A stretch of 63,896 nt of DNA, the filler included, from an uncultured Planctomycetaceae bacterium (GTDB lineage: Bacteria; Planctomycetota; Planctomycetia; Planctomycetales; Planctomycetaceae): NCBI GenBank assembly GCA_963976765.1. It is 3 parts of 3 records of this genome, joined end to end, with 100 filler letters (N's around TTAATTAATTAA, not from the genome) between each part and the next. Parts side by side here need not be neighbours in the genome. Positions count along the whole stretch, not along the records: positions 1 to 29,017 come from CAXBME010000052.1; positions 29,118 to 55,365 come from CAXBME010000053.1; 1 more part is not named here. One strand, written 5' to 3'. Below the pieces are notes generated by a model that did no database searches, was not told where the DNA came from, and saw only the letters and a list, made by a program, of their open reading frames with translations. Shown here one piece after another: positions 26,701 to 35,336 of this stretch. The translations under genes were made by a program, and so were the position numbers. The number at the start of each line of letters is the position of its first letter. The stretch's first letter is position 1.

Positions 26701-29017
26701 CCGGCAGTCGAGCCAACTCTTCCGTTGGCACTTCGACACCACCCTCATACCATGCTGTCATCGTATTTCGATCAAAGGCAGACGCTTGATAATTTTCCGT
26801 CATTCGCCGACGGATTTCTGGGTCTCTCGACTCGTCTATCTCATCGATGTACCTGAGAGGGTTATCCTCAGCGAAGCCAAGTTCGGCACGTCTCGCTGCG
26901 CCCCCCGCAACCTCCTCCGCAGCACGCACAGGCGGTACGTCGGGGGTGGCGAGACGTTGCGGGTTAAACTCGACTACTTGTGCATCGCCTACGTCTTCAA
27001 GCATCCGACGAGCAGCGTCTCCGGGTGCAGGGTCTATAACAATCCCGTCGTGTCCTCGCCCTTCAACAAACTGTCTGAATTGAGCAATTCGATCATTGTT
27101 CTGGGCAGGCGTGAACTCACCTGGAGATGTAAGCCGCGATCTCCCCATCATTGATCGAGAAATTCCCGCTTGTTCAATTATTGCCGCATACTCAGCGTCA
27201 GTGCGAATCACGAGAGGGTTCTGGAGTGTCGTCTCAATCTGCTCTACATTCGGACCAAACTCGCCAGCGAACCTCTGGTCAGGACTGGAATAACGAGCCG
27301 AGCCAAAGAGAGCATCCCCCTCTCCCTCAAGCAGAGGATTGAGTACGTCATCACCTTCAGCCCGACCAGAACCGCGGAACAGTCGAGACCTGAACGGTTG
27401 CCCTGTTTGCGCCGCACCCAGCCCGCCCCCTGCGTCCGCTGCTCGCGCTGCCTGCTGCACTGGTGGCGTAGGTGCATCAGGGGCTGGGCGCACACCGCGG
27501 ATATCTACGTCACCGTGAACCTGGATTTCATTCAAGAAGTCGCCCGAAACTCTGTCCGTGATTAGTGCTTCATCTGGCAAGTTACGGCTAGAAACCTCAA
27601 TCACTTCGACAGACTCAGGCATTATTTTCTGCGCCTGAACATCGTTCATAAATATGATGGGGTCTTGGCGTAAGCCCGGAATTGGCTCTCCGAACTGACC
27701 TGTTCGGCGTGTGTCTCTACGTATCAGATAGGCTCGATAGATTTCAACTCGTGACAAGTTTCCTCGTGTACGCCAATCGACTCCGTATATGTTGGAAACT
27801 ATCTCATCAGCTTCCCCGATTGCTTCAGCAGGTACACCTGCACGTTGAGCGTCTTCGGAAATTATGCGGTTCATAATTACGATGGCTTCATCGTTGCTTC
27901 CAGCGCGAGCGACTTCACCTATTCTTATAAGTTCTGTGGCTATATCGTCTGCATCGTTAGCACTAGACGTAAAACTCACAGTGTTGCGTGCTGTTGGACC
28001 ACCAAGTCCTCCACCTTCACCGCTACTTGCTCGAAGGATATTTGTGTTACGGAGACGTGCTGCATCAGACGTAACGTGGAAAACTGTTTCGGGAAGGTCT
28101 TGCTTTGTTCTTATTTGCCCTCTGACAAGATTACTTTGCCCTCGCACGTTATCTATGAGAGGGGCTTCGCCTGCTCCCGCTATAGGAATCCCTTCGAGTG
28201 GGATGCCTTGTGCAACGTCTTCTGTGCTAATAAATACCCGTAGCGGCCCTTTATCTATATCTTCGGGAATAAAGCGTCCTTGAGTACGCACTGGTGGCGT
28301 AGGTTGCAGGACGTTACCGACACCTGTCTGTCCTACGGCTTCAGCGGCCCGTCCGCCAGCGCGTATTGCAGCAGGGATACCTTCCGTCGCTCCACGGAAC
28401 CCCGCGATTCCACCAACTGCTCCTCCCAGACCTCCTACCAATCCTAGTCCTAGCTGTGCAGCAATATTATCGGGAGCAAGTTTGCCTAGTTCTTCAAAAC
28501 CAATAACAGCACCAATGCCCGCCGCTGTTTCTGCGCCGAGACGTTTTGGCAACCCTCCCTTAACGATAGGAGACAGAAGCGCACGAGCAACGGGATTTGC
28601 TACGCTGCGTGCAACCGCTGGCCCTAGACCCGCAGTCGCCCCGGTTAACGCGAGGTCTCCAAAAGACGTAAGTTGTGTAGCTGCTTCTGCGACACGACGC
28701 GCGCCAAGCGTGTCAGGGACAAATCCAACGTCTTCTGGGCGAACAACTGGCGTGACAAGAGCATCAAATTGTTCTTTTGGAGATGGCGTATCTACAAACG
28801 GAAGCCGCCCAGTTAATGCCGAACTAAGAAGCCCTTGTGGGCCGGGTATTCCTGCTTGAAGCGTCAAAGCGTTCCGAGTGAAGTCTTTCCCAATTTCTCC
28901 AACGCGTCGAAGCACTCTTCCTTCTACGCTATCCATTCGTTCACGGCCAGCCTGCTCTTCAGCAGCCATCGCCTGCCGCATCGGAGACGGTCGGCCTGTG
29001 AACTCCTCGAACTCGTC
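23747..29017 (-). CDS. Large polyvalent (injected virion) protein with two ART-like domains and a ParB-like domain; 5'-truncated
   Basis: Frame open to contig edge; FHVTS...VSFTS...NEIQV; LFRGS...GSARYSS...LQNPL...GHDGIVI; SIRERGF...PLIV...EGNQRIAAA..VG...VPV. Confidence 0.78.
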   Translation of the reverse strand, partial: DEFEEFTGRPSPMRQAMAAEEQAGRERMDSVEGRVLRRVGEIGKDFTRNALTLQAGIPGPQGLLSSALTGRLPFVDTPSPKEQFDALVTPVVRPEDVGFVPDTLGARRVAEAATQLTSFGDLALTGATAGLGPAVARSVANPVARALLSPIVKGGLPKRLGAETAAGIGAVIGFEELGKLAPDNIAAQLGLGLVGGLGGAVGGIAGFRGATEGIPAAIRAGGRAAEAVGQTGVGNVLQPTPPVRTQGRFIPEDIDKGPLRVFISTEDVAQGIPLEGIPIAGAGEAPLIDNVRGQSNLVRGQIRTKQDLPETVFHVTSDAARLRNTNILRASSGEGGGLGGPTARNTVSFTSSANDADDIATELIRIGEVARAGSNDEAIVIMNRIISEDAQRAGVPAEAIGEADEIVSNIYGVDWRTRGNLSRVEIYRAYLIRRDTRRTGQFGEPIPGLRQDPIIFMNDVQAQKIMPESVEVIEVSSRNLPDEALITDRVSGDFLNEIQVHGDVDIRGVRPAPDAPTPPVQQAARAADAGGGLGAAQTGQPFRSRLFRGSGRAEGDDVLNPLLEGEGDALFGSARYSSPDQRFAGEFGPNVEQIETTLQNPLVIRTDAEYAAIIEQAGISRSMMGRSRLTSPGEFTPAQNNDRIAQFRQFVEGRGHDGIVIDPAPGDAARRMLEDVGDAQVVEFNPQRLATPDVPPVRAAEEVAGGAARRAELGFAEDNPLRYIDEIDESRDPEIRRRMTENYQASAFDRNTMTAWYEGGVEVPTEELARLPGARGEEAWQGADLAYALESRARIVASIRERGFDPAQRPLIVIEPDGRALVYEGNQRIAAAAEVGLERVPVDVRYFGSSERLPNVFDPANFPGSRLPAAATPATPPVRAALKPAAPGEADWLGPAVADQAGLDRMKAAKRSPVARRELINEAQEANRQNPGSVPEEVAEYASRETAAPDGGPPPPPPPKRGSKQPPEADPSEILKRARKSRLEEERFDQRLLIQHEAAIANAERQARIVVNEGNDELLAANLGGKSRGTVVPRNQTDIDRFDNLLEALNEPSRVRSGELTVEPALRKIYDDLRADTDFEQAARIDFDPEMATVDDYFYRGWKPPEMVVNAKKDATGKLVTPPDFTLPRVDASYREMRNAGFEPLFWNPYEQARLARMQGVKYRQQMELVEALKELDDDIIRPKLDSTNETGFRVPEIGPAFEGKPFALTPVSAQVKDVSGGGSAVQGTMLTELKARRWIVRNDVANLLETMYGKKPSLGTLSWKVGTRTRNKAFETDILKVIDWLVFIPKRIGLFGTFFQQLDFLTRAGFGSFGNAVDLLARGKPIKAAQAIIKYPQIAAEILAANVSATRRRTIMEAFDSTKPLIEGRNVSLKSISDEGLSVRDVTIFPEDMDVILREAAQDRSIVDPRRAGRAIAGVERAMRAGLFQGVYPAAVKADVENNIAPQMARLYGDELTDAQLSARIAKAANIKYSTIPASQSALQNRFIRETTKRGLFSVAELEGLLRQATNTIKGPGRKYWAANWLGGYIFLMVVANIIHTASTGKILPRERYSPVSKGGYGPLPIGYNTRFAAPTVPGIARGGLPVTLDIVGQMDTAFRVLDPKGFVGSRFSIPVRAAVNQWSGEDFFERPINDVGPGGVISRTTALLLDMFSPFGAGPAAEEVAREFVPGADVVIPRGESRLGLRGLGIQALGINLRSMNNDELIEALNDFSLPKEDRQKILDEQERRDEEAGISIDRVLEETRRQNWNRTFR

Positions 29018-29117
29018 NNNNNNNNNNNNNNNNNNNNNNNNNNNNNNNNNNNNNNNNNNNNTTAATTAATTAANNNNNNNNNNNNNNNNNNNNNNNNNNN
29101 NNNNNNNNNNNNNNNNN
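29018..29117. other. Artificial contig linker
   Basis: N-run containing TTAATTAATTAA (stops in all frames). Confidence 0.97.
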
Positions 29118-29119
29118 AA

Positions 29120-32100
29120 CACGCCGTCGACATCGCCACCTCAACGGCCACCAGCACGATCACGAACGACGATCAGGCGATTGTTTCGATCAACGATGTA
29201 ACGGTCAACGAAGCCGACGGCACGCTGACTTTCACGCTGACTTCAGACAATCCGATTGACATTCCTGTTGACATCCGAGTCTTTTATGCCGATGTGACCG
29301 CGACTGGAGCATCGGGCGGGACAGGTGGCGATTACGACAACGATTCAGACACAGTGACGCTGGCAGCAAACACGACGTCAACTTCGGTCACGGTTGCCAT
29401 TACCGATGACGTGACGGCAGAAGAGGATGAAACGTTCACGGCTTCGTTGAGCACGGCGACGTCTCTTGGCGGTCGTGTGGTCGACCTTAGCGACACGGCC
29501 ACGGGAACAATCACGGACAACGATGCGATTCGAGTTTCCATTGCGGTTGCTCCAGCAACTGTCGGTGAGGAAAGCGGAGTCGCACTGGTTTATACATTTA
29601 CGGCGACGTCTGCTCCTGCAAACGATGTCACCGTGAGTTTTGATGTCACAGGTACGGCGACCTTTGGTGACGATTACACGGTCACTGGGGCAGCATCGTT
29701 CAATGCGACATCCGGCACTGCGGTGATCCCGATGGGGATGACGTCCGTCGAAGTGCGGATCACCCCTGTCGACGACATGGACACTGAAGGAACTGTTGAT
29801 TTTCCGGACGAGACGGTGATCCTGACGCTGACTGACGCCAGTGTTGCGTACAATCTCGACCCGCCGACTTCGGCGTCCGGCAACATCACTGACGACGAGG
29901 CTGTCGCGTCGCCTTCCATTGTTAACCTCAACGACGGAGTTGACGACAACGTCGAGCTGATCATCGATGCTGGATCGTATGTTGTGCGGAGTACGAGCGG
30001 TCCGATGATGGAGTTTTTCCGCCGCTCAATCAGCTCTGTGACGACGCTTACTATTAACGGCGGCGATAACGACAACGACGTCATTTCGATCAACTTTGCC
30101 AACGGAAACCCGGTTCCACCAGTCAATCCGCTTATCACCCAGTCAGGCGGAGTTACGATCAATGGCGGTGCGGGCGGCAACGACACCGTGACACTGGATA
30201 ACGTTGGCGCATCATTTACAACGCACACTTACGACTACGCGAACGCCAACGACGGAACCATCACTCTCAATGATGGGACGGACGATACAACGATCAACTT
30301 CACGGGGCTGGAGCCGATCGTTAACGACGGAACCGCGACTGATATTATCTTCAATCTGCCGACGTCTGCCGACGATGCTTCTTTGGAAGACTCGGGAACG
30401 TCTTCCGACGGGTTGATGAGTCTCGTCAGCAACAATGGCACTTTTGAATCGACAACATTCGTTGTTCCAACATCGTCGTTGACAATTAATGGCGGTGATG
30501 GCAACGACACAGTCACCTTCAATTCGGCGGACGACGCACTTGTTCCAAACGACTCGTCGAATGTGAATTCTCAGACAGTCGTGATCAATGGTGACGCCGG
30601 GGATGATGTGCTGGTCGGCTCTTCGTTCAACGATGTGATGAACGGCGGAGCAGGCAATGATGTTGTCAATGGCCGCTCCGGGGACGACACACTGGGGGGC
30701 GATGCCGGTAACGACACATTGCTGGGCGGCAGCGGGGACGACAACCTCTTCGGTGGTGACGGCGATGACCGAATTAAAGGTCAAGGCGGAACGGATACTG
30801 TCGGCGGTGGAGCCGGTAATGATGAAATCGAAGGCGGCACCGGTGTTTCTTCACTCCGCGAAGAGGGGAACGTTAATCTCACAATCCGATCTGTTGGTGA
30901 CACGATCATTCTCGAAGGATTGGGGACGGACATCATCACCGGAACTTACGTGTCCGTGGTGCTCGTCGGTGGCTCGTCCGGTAATCAGCTCGATGCCTCT
31001 GGTTATGCAGGAGTGGTGACACTTGATGGGGCTGGCGGCGATGACACTCTGATCGGGACATCGAATGCAGACAGTCTCATTGGCGGGACGGGCGTTGACC
31101 GAGCGGTTCTGCGAGTTCGCGGCAACGTTGCAGTAACCGATCTGGGGGTATTCGGCCCCGGCGGCGATTTCCTGAGCGACGTTGAGCAGTTGCAGATTGA
31201 AATTGACGATCCAACGGGAGCTAAGGTTGACGCTTCGACCTACACGCTTGGACGAGTGACCGTGATCGGGGGAGACGGGGCTGACACGCTTATTGGTTCT
31301 GCTCAGAACGACTTCCTGAATGGTCGCGGTGGCCGTGATCAGATTTTTGGCATGGATGGCAACGACCGACTGCTGGGGGGCGGAAGCAACGACCTGCTGG
31401 TTGGCGGCAATGGCAAAGATACACTTCTGGGCAACTCAGGTATTGACACACTCAGCGGTGGCGAAGGCAACGACCGTCTGGTCGGCGGCAATAGCCGAAC
31501 GGTTCTGCGTGAAGAAAACTTCGCTGGAGACATCACGGTATCCAGCAATGGGCAGGCTGCTTCGCTTTCCGGCCTGGGTGTCGATACTTTGCTGGGAAGC
31601 TTTAAGACGCTGGAACTGACTGGCGACGATGGCCCGAACAGGATCGATGCTTCGGGCTTCAACTTTGCAATCACGCTCAACGGTGGTGGTGGGGATGACA
31701 CTCTTCTGGGAGGGAGCCAGGGTGACTTGCTTGACGGCGGTGACGGCATCGACCGAATTGAGCAGACCGTCGATCTCGAGCAGATTCTGACCGACACTCT
31801 CGTCACTGGCCGAGGAGCAGACACGCTCAGCAGCATTGAAGAAGCAGTTCTCATCGGTGGCGACTTCGGTACGAACATCGACGCCAGTGGCTTCTCCGGC
31901 AATGTCACACTGCTCGGTAATGGTGGCGGTGACACGTTGATCGGCGGATCGGGCAACGATGTGCTCGGTGGCGGCGACGGTAACGACAAACTGTTCGGCC
32001 TGGCTGGTAACGACACTGCTGACGGTGCCGCTGGAAACGACAGCCTGGTGGGCGGGGAAGGTGATGATGTGCTCCTCGGTGGAGCAGCCAACGACACGCT

Positions 32101-32293
32101 GCTCGGACAAGGTGGTAATGACACCCTGCTCGGAGAAGATGGTGATGACAGCATCGACGGTGGCAGCGGAACCGACACTGCGACTGGTATTGGCAACGGC
32201 GAGCCAGATGACGACACCGATACGATCAGCAACGCTGAGACGATCGACAACACATTCATGTTTGACTTCGACTCACTGGTCGCCGGTTTCTAG
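29120..32293 (+). CDS. Large secreted protein: Calx-beta domains and RTX/hemolysin-type Ca-binding repeats; 5'-truncated
   Basis: ITDDVTAEEDETF / GTITDND Calx-beta motifs; many GGxGNDxL nonamers. Confidence 0.9.
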   Translation, partial: HAVDIATSTATSTITNDDQAIVSINDVTVNEADGTLTFTLTSDNPIDIPVDIRVFYADVTATGASGGTGGDYDNDSDTVTLAANTTSTSVTVAITDDVTAEEDETFTASLSTATSLGGRVVDLSDTATGTITDNDAIRVSIAVAPATVGEESGVALVYTFTATSAPANDVTVSFDVTGTATFGDDYTVTGAASFNATSGTAVIPMGMTSVEVRITPVDDMDTEGTVDFPDETVILTLTDASVAYNLDPPTSASGNITDDEAVASPSIVNLNDGVDDNVELIIDAGSYVVRSTSGPMMEFFRRSISSVTTLTINGGDNDNDVISINFANGNPVPPVNPLITQSGGVTINGGAGGNDTVTLDNVGASFTTHTYDYANANDGTITLNDGTDDTTINFTGLEPIVNDGTATDIIFNLPTSADDASLEDSGTSSDGLMSLVSNNGTFESTTFVVPTSSLTINGGDGNDTVTFNSADDALVPNDSSNVNSQTVVINGDAGDDVLVGSSFNDVMNGGAGNDVVNGRSGDDTLGGDAGNDTLLGGSGDDNLFGGDGDDRIKGQGGTDTVGGGAGNDEIEGGTGVSSLREEGNVNLTIRSVGDTIILEGLGTDIITGTYVSVVLVGGSSGNQLDASGYAGVVTLDGAGGDDTLIGTSNADSLIGGTGVDRAVLRVRGNVAVTDLGVFGPGGDFLSDVEQLQIEIDDPTGAKVDASTYTLGRVTVIGGDGADTLIGSAQNDFLNGRGGRDQIFGMDGNDRLLGGGSNDLLVGGNGKDTLLGNSGIDTLSGGEGNDRLVGGNSRTVLREENFAGDITVSSNGQAASLSGLGVDTLLGSFKTLELTGDDGPNRIDASGFNFAITLNGGGGDDTLLGGSQGDLLDGGDGIDRIEQTVDLEQILTDTLVTGRGADTLSSIEEAVLIGGDFGTNIDASGFSGNVTLLGNGGGDTLIGGSGNDVLGGGDGNDKLFGLAGNDTADGAAGNDSLVGGEGDDVLLGGAANDTLLGQGGNDTLLGEDGDDSIDGGSGTDTATGIGNGEPDDDTDTISNAETIDNTFMFDFDSLVAGF

Positions 32294-32334
32294 AATGGCA
32301 GCATTAAGTTCGAATTGAAATCGCAGTAGACAGA

Positions 32335-32369
32335 GCCCGGATGGTCGTTACGATCCCGGGCCTTCTTTC
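32335..32369 (+). terminator. Probable intrinsic terminator
   Basis: GCCCGG...CCGGGC stem followed by a pyrimidine tract. Confidence 0.5.
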
Positions 32370-32493
32370 TGGTGACACCTTTTCGAATGAGAAACGCGAA
32401 GTGGTGTCATCTGTGTCGGGTCGACCATGCAGCATTGCTGGTCAGCCTGCTGATAACGCCCCGTTGCAGGCCCGCGCTCGACGGGCTTTATGA

Positions 32494-33597
32494 ATGGCTA
32501 ACGAAAAACTGCGACGGATGATCATCGTCGAAGCGGCTCGCATGATGTACGAACGGCGTGAGACCGAGTACTTCCGGGCCAAGATGAAGGCTGGCAAACG
32601 ACTCTGCCACGGTTGGGTGAAACCGTCGGACATTCCCAGCAACGCTGAAATTTGCGACGAGATTCAGCGGATGGCCTGGCTGTTCGAAGGCAATTCCCGC
32701 TTCGACAAACTTCGCGACATGCGAATGCAGGCCCTGCGAATGATGCACCTGCTGAAGCATTGCAGGCCGAAACTTATTGGCAGCACGTTGACTGGCCACG
32801 TCCGCCAGGGATCGGACATTGACATTCACTGCTTCGTCTCAAGTACCGATGCCGTAACGGCGACGCTCGATAACGAGTGCATGGAGTACGATCTCGAATT
32901 CAAGCAGGTTCGCAAGAACGGCGAAGAAAGAATCTTCACGCACATCCACGTGCGGGACCAGTATCCGATCGAACTGACCCTCTACCCGTCCGACAAAGCC
33001 AGCTACGTTTTCAGATGCTCCATCACAGGCAAGGCCATGGAACGGGCAACCTTGCCGGAATATGAAGGCTTCCTACGCGTCGAGTATCCGGGCATCGACC
33101 TCGCCGCAGAGTTGGAATCCGCGGTCGATTCCATCGACCGATTTCAGGCTTACCGGTCGCTCCTGCTGCCGCTCGACGGCTACGAGCAATCAAAGAAGTA
33201 TCACCCGGAAGGCGACGTGCTTTATCACAGCCTGCAGGTCTTCGAACTCGGACGCGACGAACTTCCGTACGACGAAGAGTTTCTGCTGGCGGCACTGCTG
33301 CACGACGTCGGCAAAGGCATTGATCCAGGTGATCATGTGGCGGCGGGGCTGGAAGCGCTGGAAGGTCACATAACCGAACGCACGGCCTGGTTCATTGAGC
33401 ATCACATGGAAGCACACCAGGTTCGCGATCGAACGATTGGCCATCGCGCTCACAGGCGGCTCAAAGAATCTCCAGACTATGAAGAACTGATGATTCTTGA
33501 AGATTGCGATCGCAACGGAAGACAGCCGGGGGCAATGGTGTGTGAACTCGACGAAGCCCTGGACTACATTCGCGATCTGGCTCGTCAGTACGGGTAG
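32494..33597 (+). CDS. Pol-beta-like nucleotidyltransferase fused to HD domain
   Basis: LIGSTLTG....SDIDIH; YHPEGDV..H, ALLHDVGK, HHM, D. Confidence 0.85.
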   Translation: MANEKLRRMIIVEAARMMYERRETEYFRAKMKAGKRLCHGWVKPSDIPSNAEICDEIQRMAWLFEGNSRFDKLRDMRMQALRMMHLLKHCRPKLIGSTLTGHVRQGSDIDIHCFVSSTDAVTATLDNECMEYDLEFKQVRKNGEERIFTHIHVRDQYPIELTLYPSDKASYVFRCSITGKAMERATLPEYEGFLRVEYPGIDLAAELESAVDSIDRFQAYRSLLLPLDGYEQSKKYHPEGDVLYHSLQVFELGRDELPYDEEFLLAALLHDVGKGIDPGDHVAAGLEALEGHITERTAWFIEHHMEAHQVRDRTIGHRAHRRLKESPDYEELMILEDCDRNGRQPGAMVCELDEALDYIRDLARQYG

Positions 33598-33762
33598 TCG
33601 GAGACTGCAATCTGTGGAGACTACGGAGACTACTGACCGGGCGAACCTGGGACGCGTGTCATCAACAGGCTTTGTGGCTTTGTAAACGTGACATGAATCT
33701 ACAAGCGTCACGATTCCTGCTGGCGGGACCAGCCAGGAATGACCTGATGCCGGCGTCGGAAG

Positions 33763-35283
33763 TTATTTCGCCGCGTTTCTGTTCTGATTGGAATTTTTAC
33801 GGCCAGCCTGATTCTTCTTCGCAGCGGGACGCTCGTCTTTTTTAGCACCGTATGTTGCGACCAGGACTTTGTCGACTTTCGCTCGATCGTTGCGATTCTG
33901 AAACGCTGCCAGCATGGGATCTTCGGTCGTTCTCATCTGAGTAAGCAGTTTGTCCTGCAGAGCCTTGACTGTTTCTGCATGAGTCGGGTCAGCGATCAAA
34001 TTGTGCAGGCAATCGGGATCGTTTTTCAGGTCATAGAATTCTTCGGCGACACGGTATCGAAACAGGTCCACTCGGGCCTTGATCGATGCGTCGGTTTCGG
34101 CGGCCCTGTTCATCGCCGCCATTGTCAGACCTTCGTTGTTGTTGCGGTACCAGTATTTACCGTCGCTGAACGGGTTGTAGATGTAGCCGAAGTTTTCGTT
34201 CTGGACGCACCGCATTGGCACTGCTGCTCCGCCAGCTTTGGAATCGATCTGCGTGAAGACGTGGTCGCGCCCGTCCTGCGTTTGGCCCTTCAGCAGGGAC
34301 AGGAACGATAGCCCATCCAGACCGTCTGGACCGGTGACTCCAGTTGCTTCCATAAAGGTCGGGAAGAAGTCGACAACCGAAACGAAGTGTTCGTCGTTTC
34401 GCGTTCCCGGTTTGACGACTCCGGGCCAGCGAACCAGCAGCGGACTTCGAGTGCTGTGGAACCAGGCGTTGCACTTCGCAAACGGAACAGCAATTCCGTT
34501 GTCTGTGATGAAGAGGACTAGCGTGTTGCTGGCCTGCCCTGATTCTTCCAGAGCCTGCATCACCTTGCCGAAGGTGTCATCGAGTCGCCGCGTCGAATTG
34601 AGATAAGTCGCGAGTTCTGCTCGAACACCAGGCAGATCGGGAAGGAAACCCGGCACGGAAACTTCTTCCGGCTTGTAGACTCGTGAAGGCATCGCCGCGC
34701 CGTTCGTCAGTTTTTCCGGGTTGCAGTAGGGGCGGTGAGGATCGTGCGAATTGACCATGAAGTAGAACGGCTTCTTTGCCTCTTTGGACTCGTTCAGAAA
34801 CACCTGACTTCGCTGATAGTAAATGTCGGGGTTGCGTCCGTTGCCGAGATCTTTCTGGTCGAAGCTGTAGTCCCACTTCATCGATTTCTTCGGTGTCGAG
34901 TGACTCACTTTGCCAAGAATTCCGGTGTGATAACCAGCGGCTTTCAACGTGGTCACGATGTCCGGAACGTTCTCGCGAGCTGGTATGAATCCCATTGCTC
35001 CAGAGCGATGGCTGTATCGCCCTGTGGCAATGACTGCTCGACACGGAGCACAAATCGCGACGTTCACGTGAGCCTTGTTGAACAGCAGGCTCTCAGCGGC
35101 GAACGCGTCAAGATTCGGTGTCAGATCGACCGGCCTGCCACCGTAAACACCTAACGATTCAGCATGCAGGTCGTCCGCCGTGAACAGCAGAATATTCGGG
35201 CGATCTGCTGCTCGAGCGCCCCTGTCTGACGAAGTGATTCCAAGTACGCAGACTGCAGCGACAGCAAATTTCAGTAACTTCAT
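33763..35283 (-). CDS. Sulfatase (Cys-type, signal peptide)
   Basis: RPNILLFTADD, CAPCR..IATG, DPHRPY, TDNG. Confidence 0.93.
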   Translation of the reverse strand: MKLLKFAVAAVCVLGITSSDRGARAADRPNILLFTADDLHAESLGVYGGRPVDLTPNLDAFAAESLLFNKAHVNVAICAPCRAVIATGRYSHRSGAMGFIPARENVPDIVTTLKAAGYHTGILGKVSHSTPKKSMKWDYSFDQKDLGNGRNPDIYYQRSQVFLNESKEAKKPFYFMVNSHDPHRPYCNPEKLTNGAAMPSRVYKPEEVSVPGFLPDLPGVRAELATYLNSTRRLDDTFGKVMQALEESGQASNTLVLFITDNGIAVPFAKCNAWFHSTRSPLLVRWPGVVKPGTRNDEHFVSVVDFFPTFMEATGVTGPDGLDGLSFLSLLKGQTQDGRDHVFTQIDSKAGGAAVPMRCVQNENFGYIYNPFSDGKYWYRNNNEGLTMAAMNRAAETDASIKARVDLFRYRVAEEFYDLKNDPDCLHNLIADPTHAETVKALQDKLLTQMRTTEDPMLAAFQNRNDRAKVDKVLVATYGAKKDERPAAKKNQAGRKNSNQNRNAAK

Positions 35284-35336
35284 TGCTGGTGTTCTCTCAG
35301 AATGTTGTCCATTTCGAGGGGGAGGTCGGCTGAGGA

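Larger units (their letters stand above)
1..29017. mobile_element. Tailed dsDNA phage (or prophage) genome fragment, podovirus-like, with convergent early (+) and late (-) arms
   Basis: Dense, translationally coupled small genes; MTases, helicase, HNH and RuvC on +; scaffold, capsid, adaptor, tail and fibre on -. No tape measure or sheath in view. Neither end of the element is visible. Confidence 0.93.

Noticed and set aside
29018..29117. TTAATTAATTAA palindrome (also at 55366-55465) as a biological site, or adjacency across it
   Set aside because: Sits inside fixed-length N-runs; an artificial joiner, so flanking contigs are not linked.
31339..32259. Long antisense ORFs (also 39205-40230, 10566-11234, 12386-12976, 61523-62071)
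   Set aside because: Shadow frames opposite well-supported genes.
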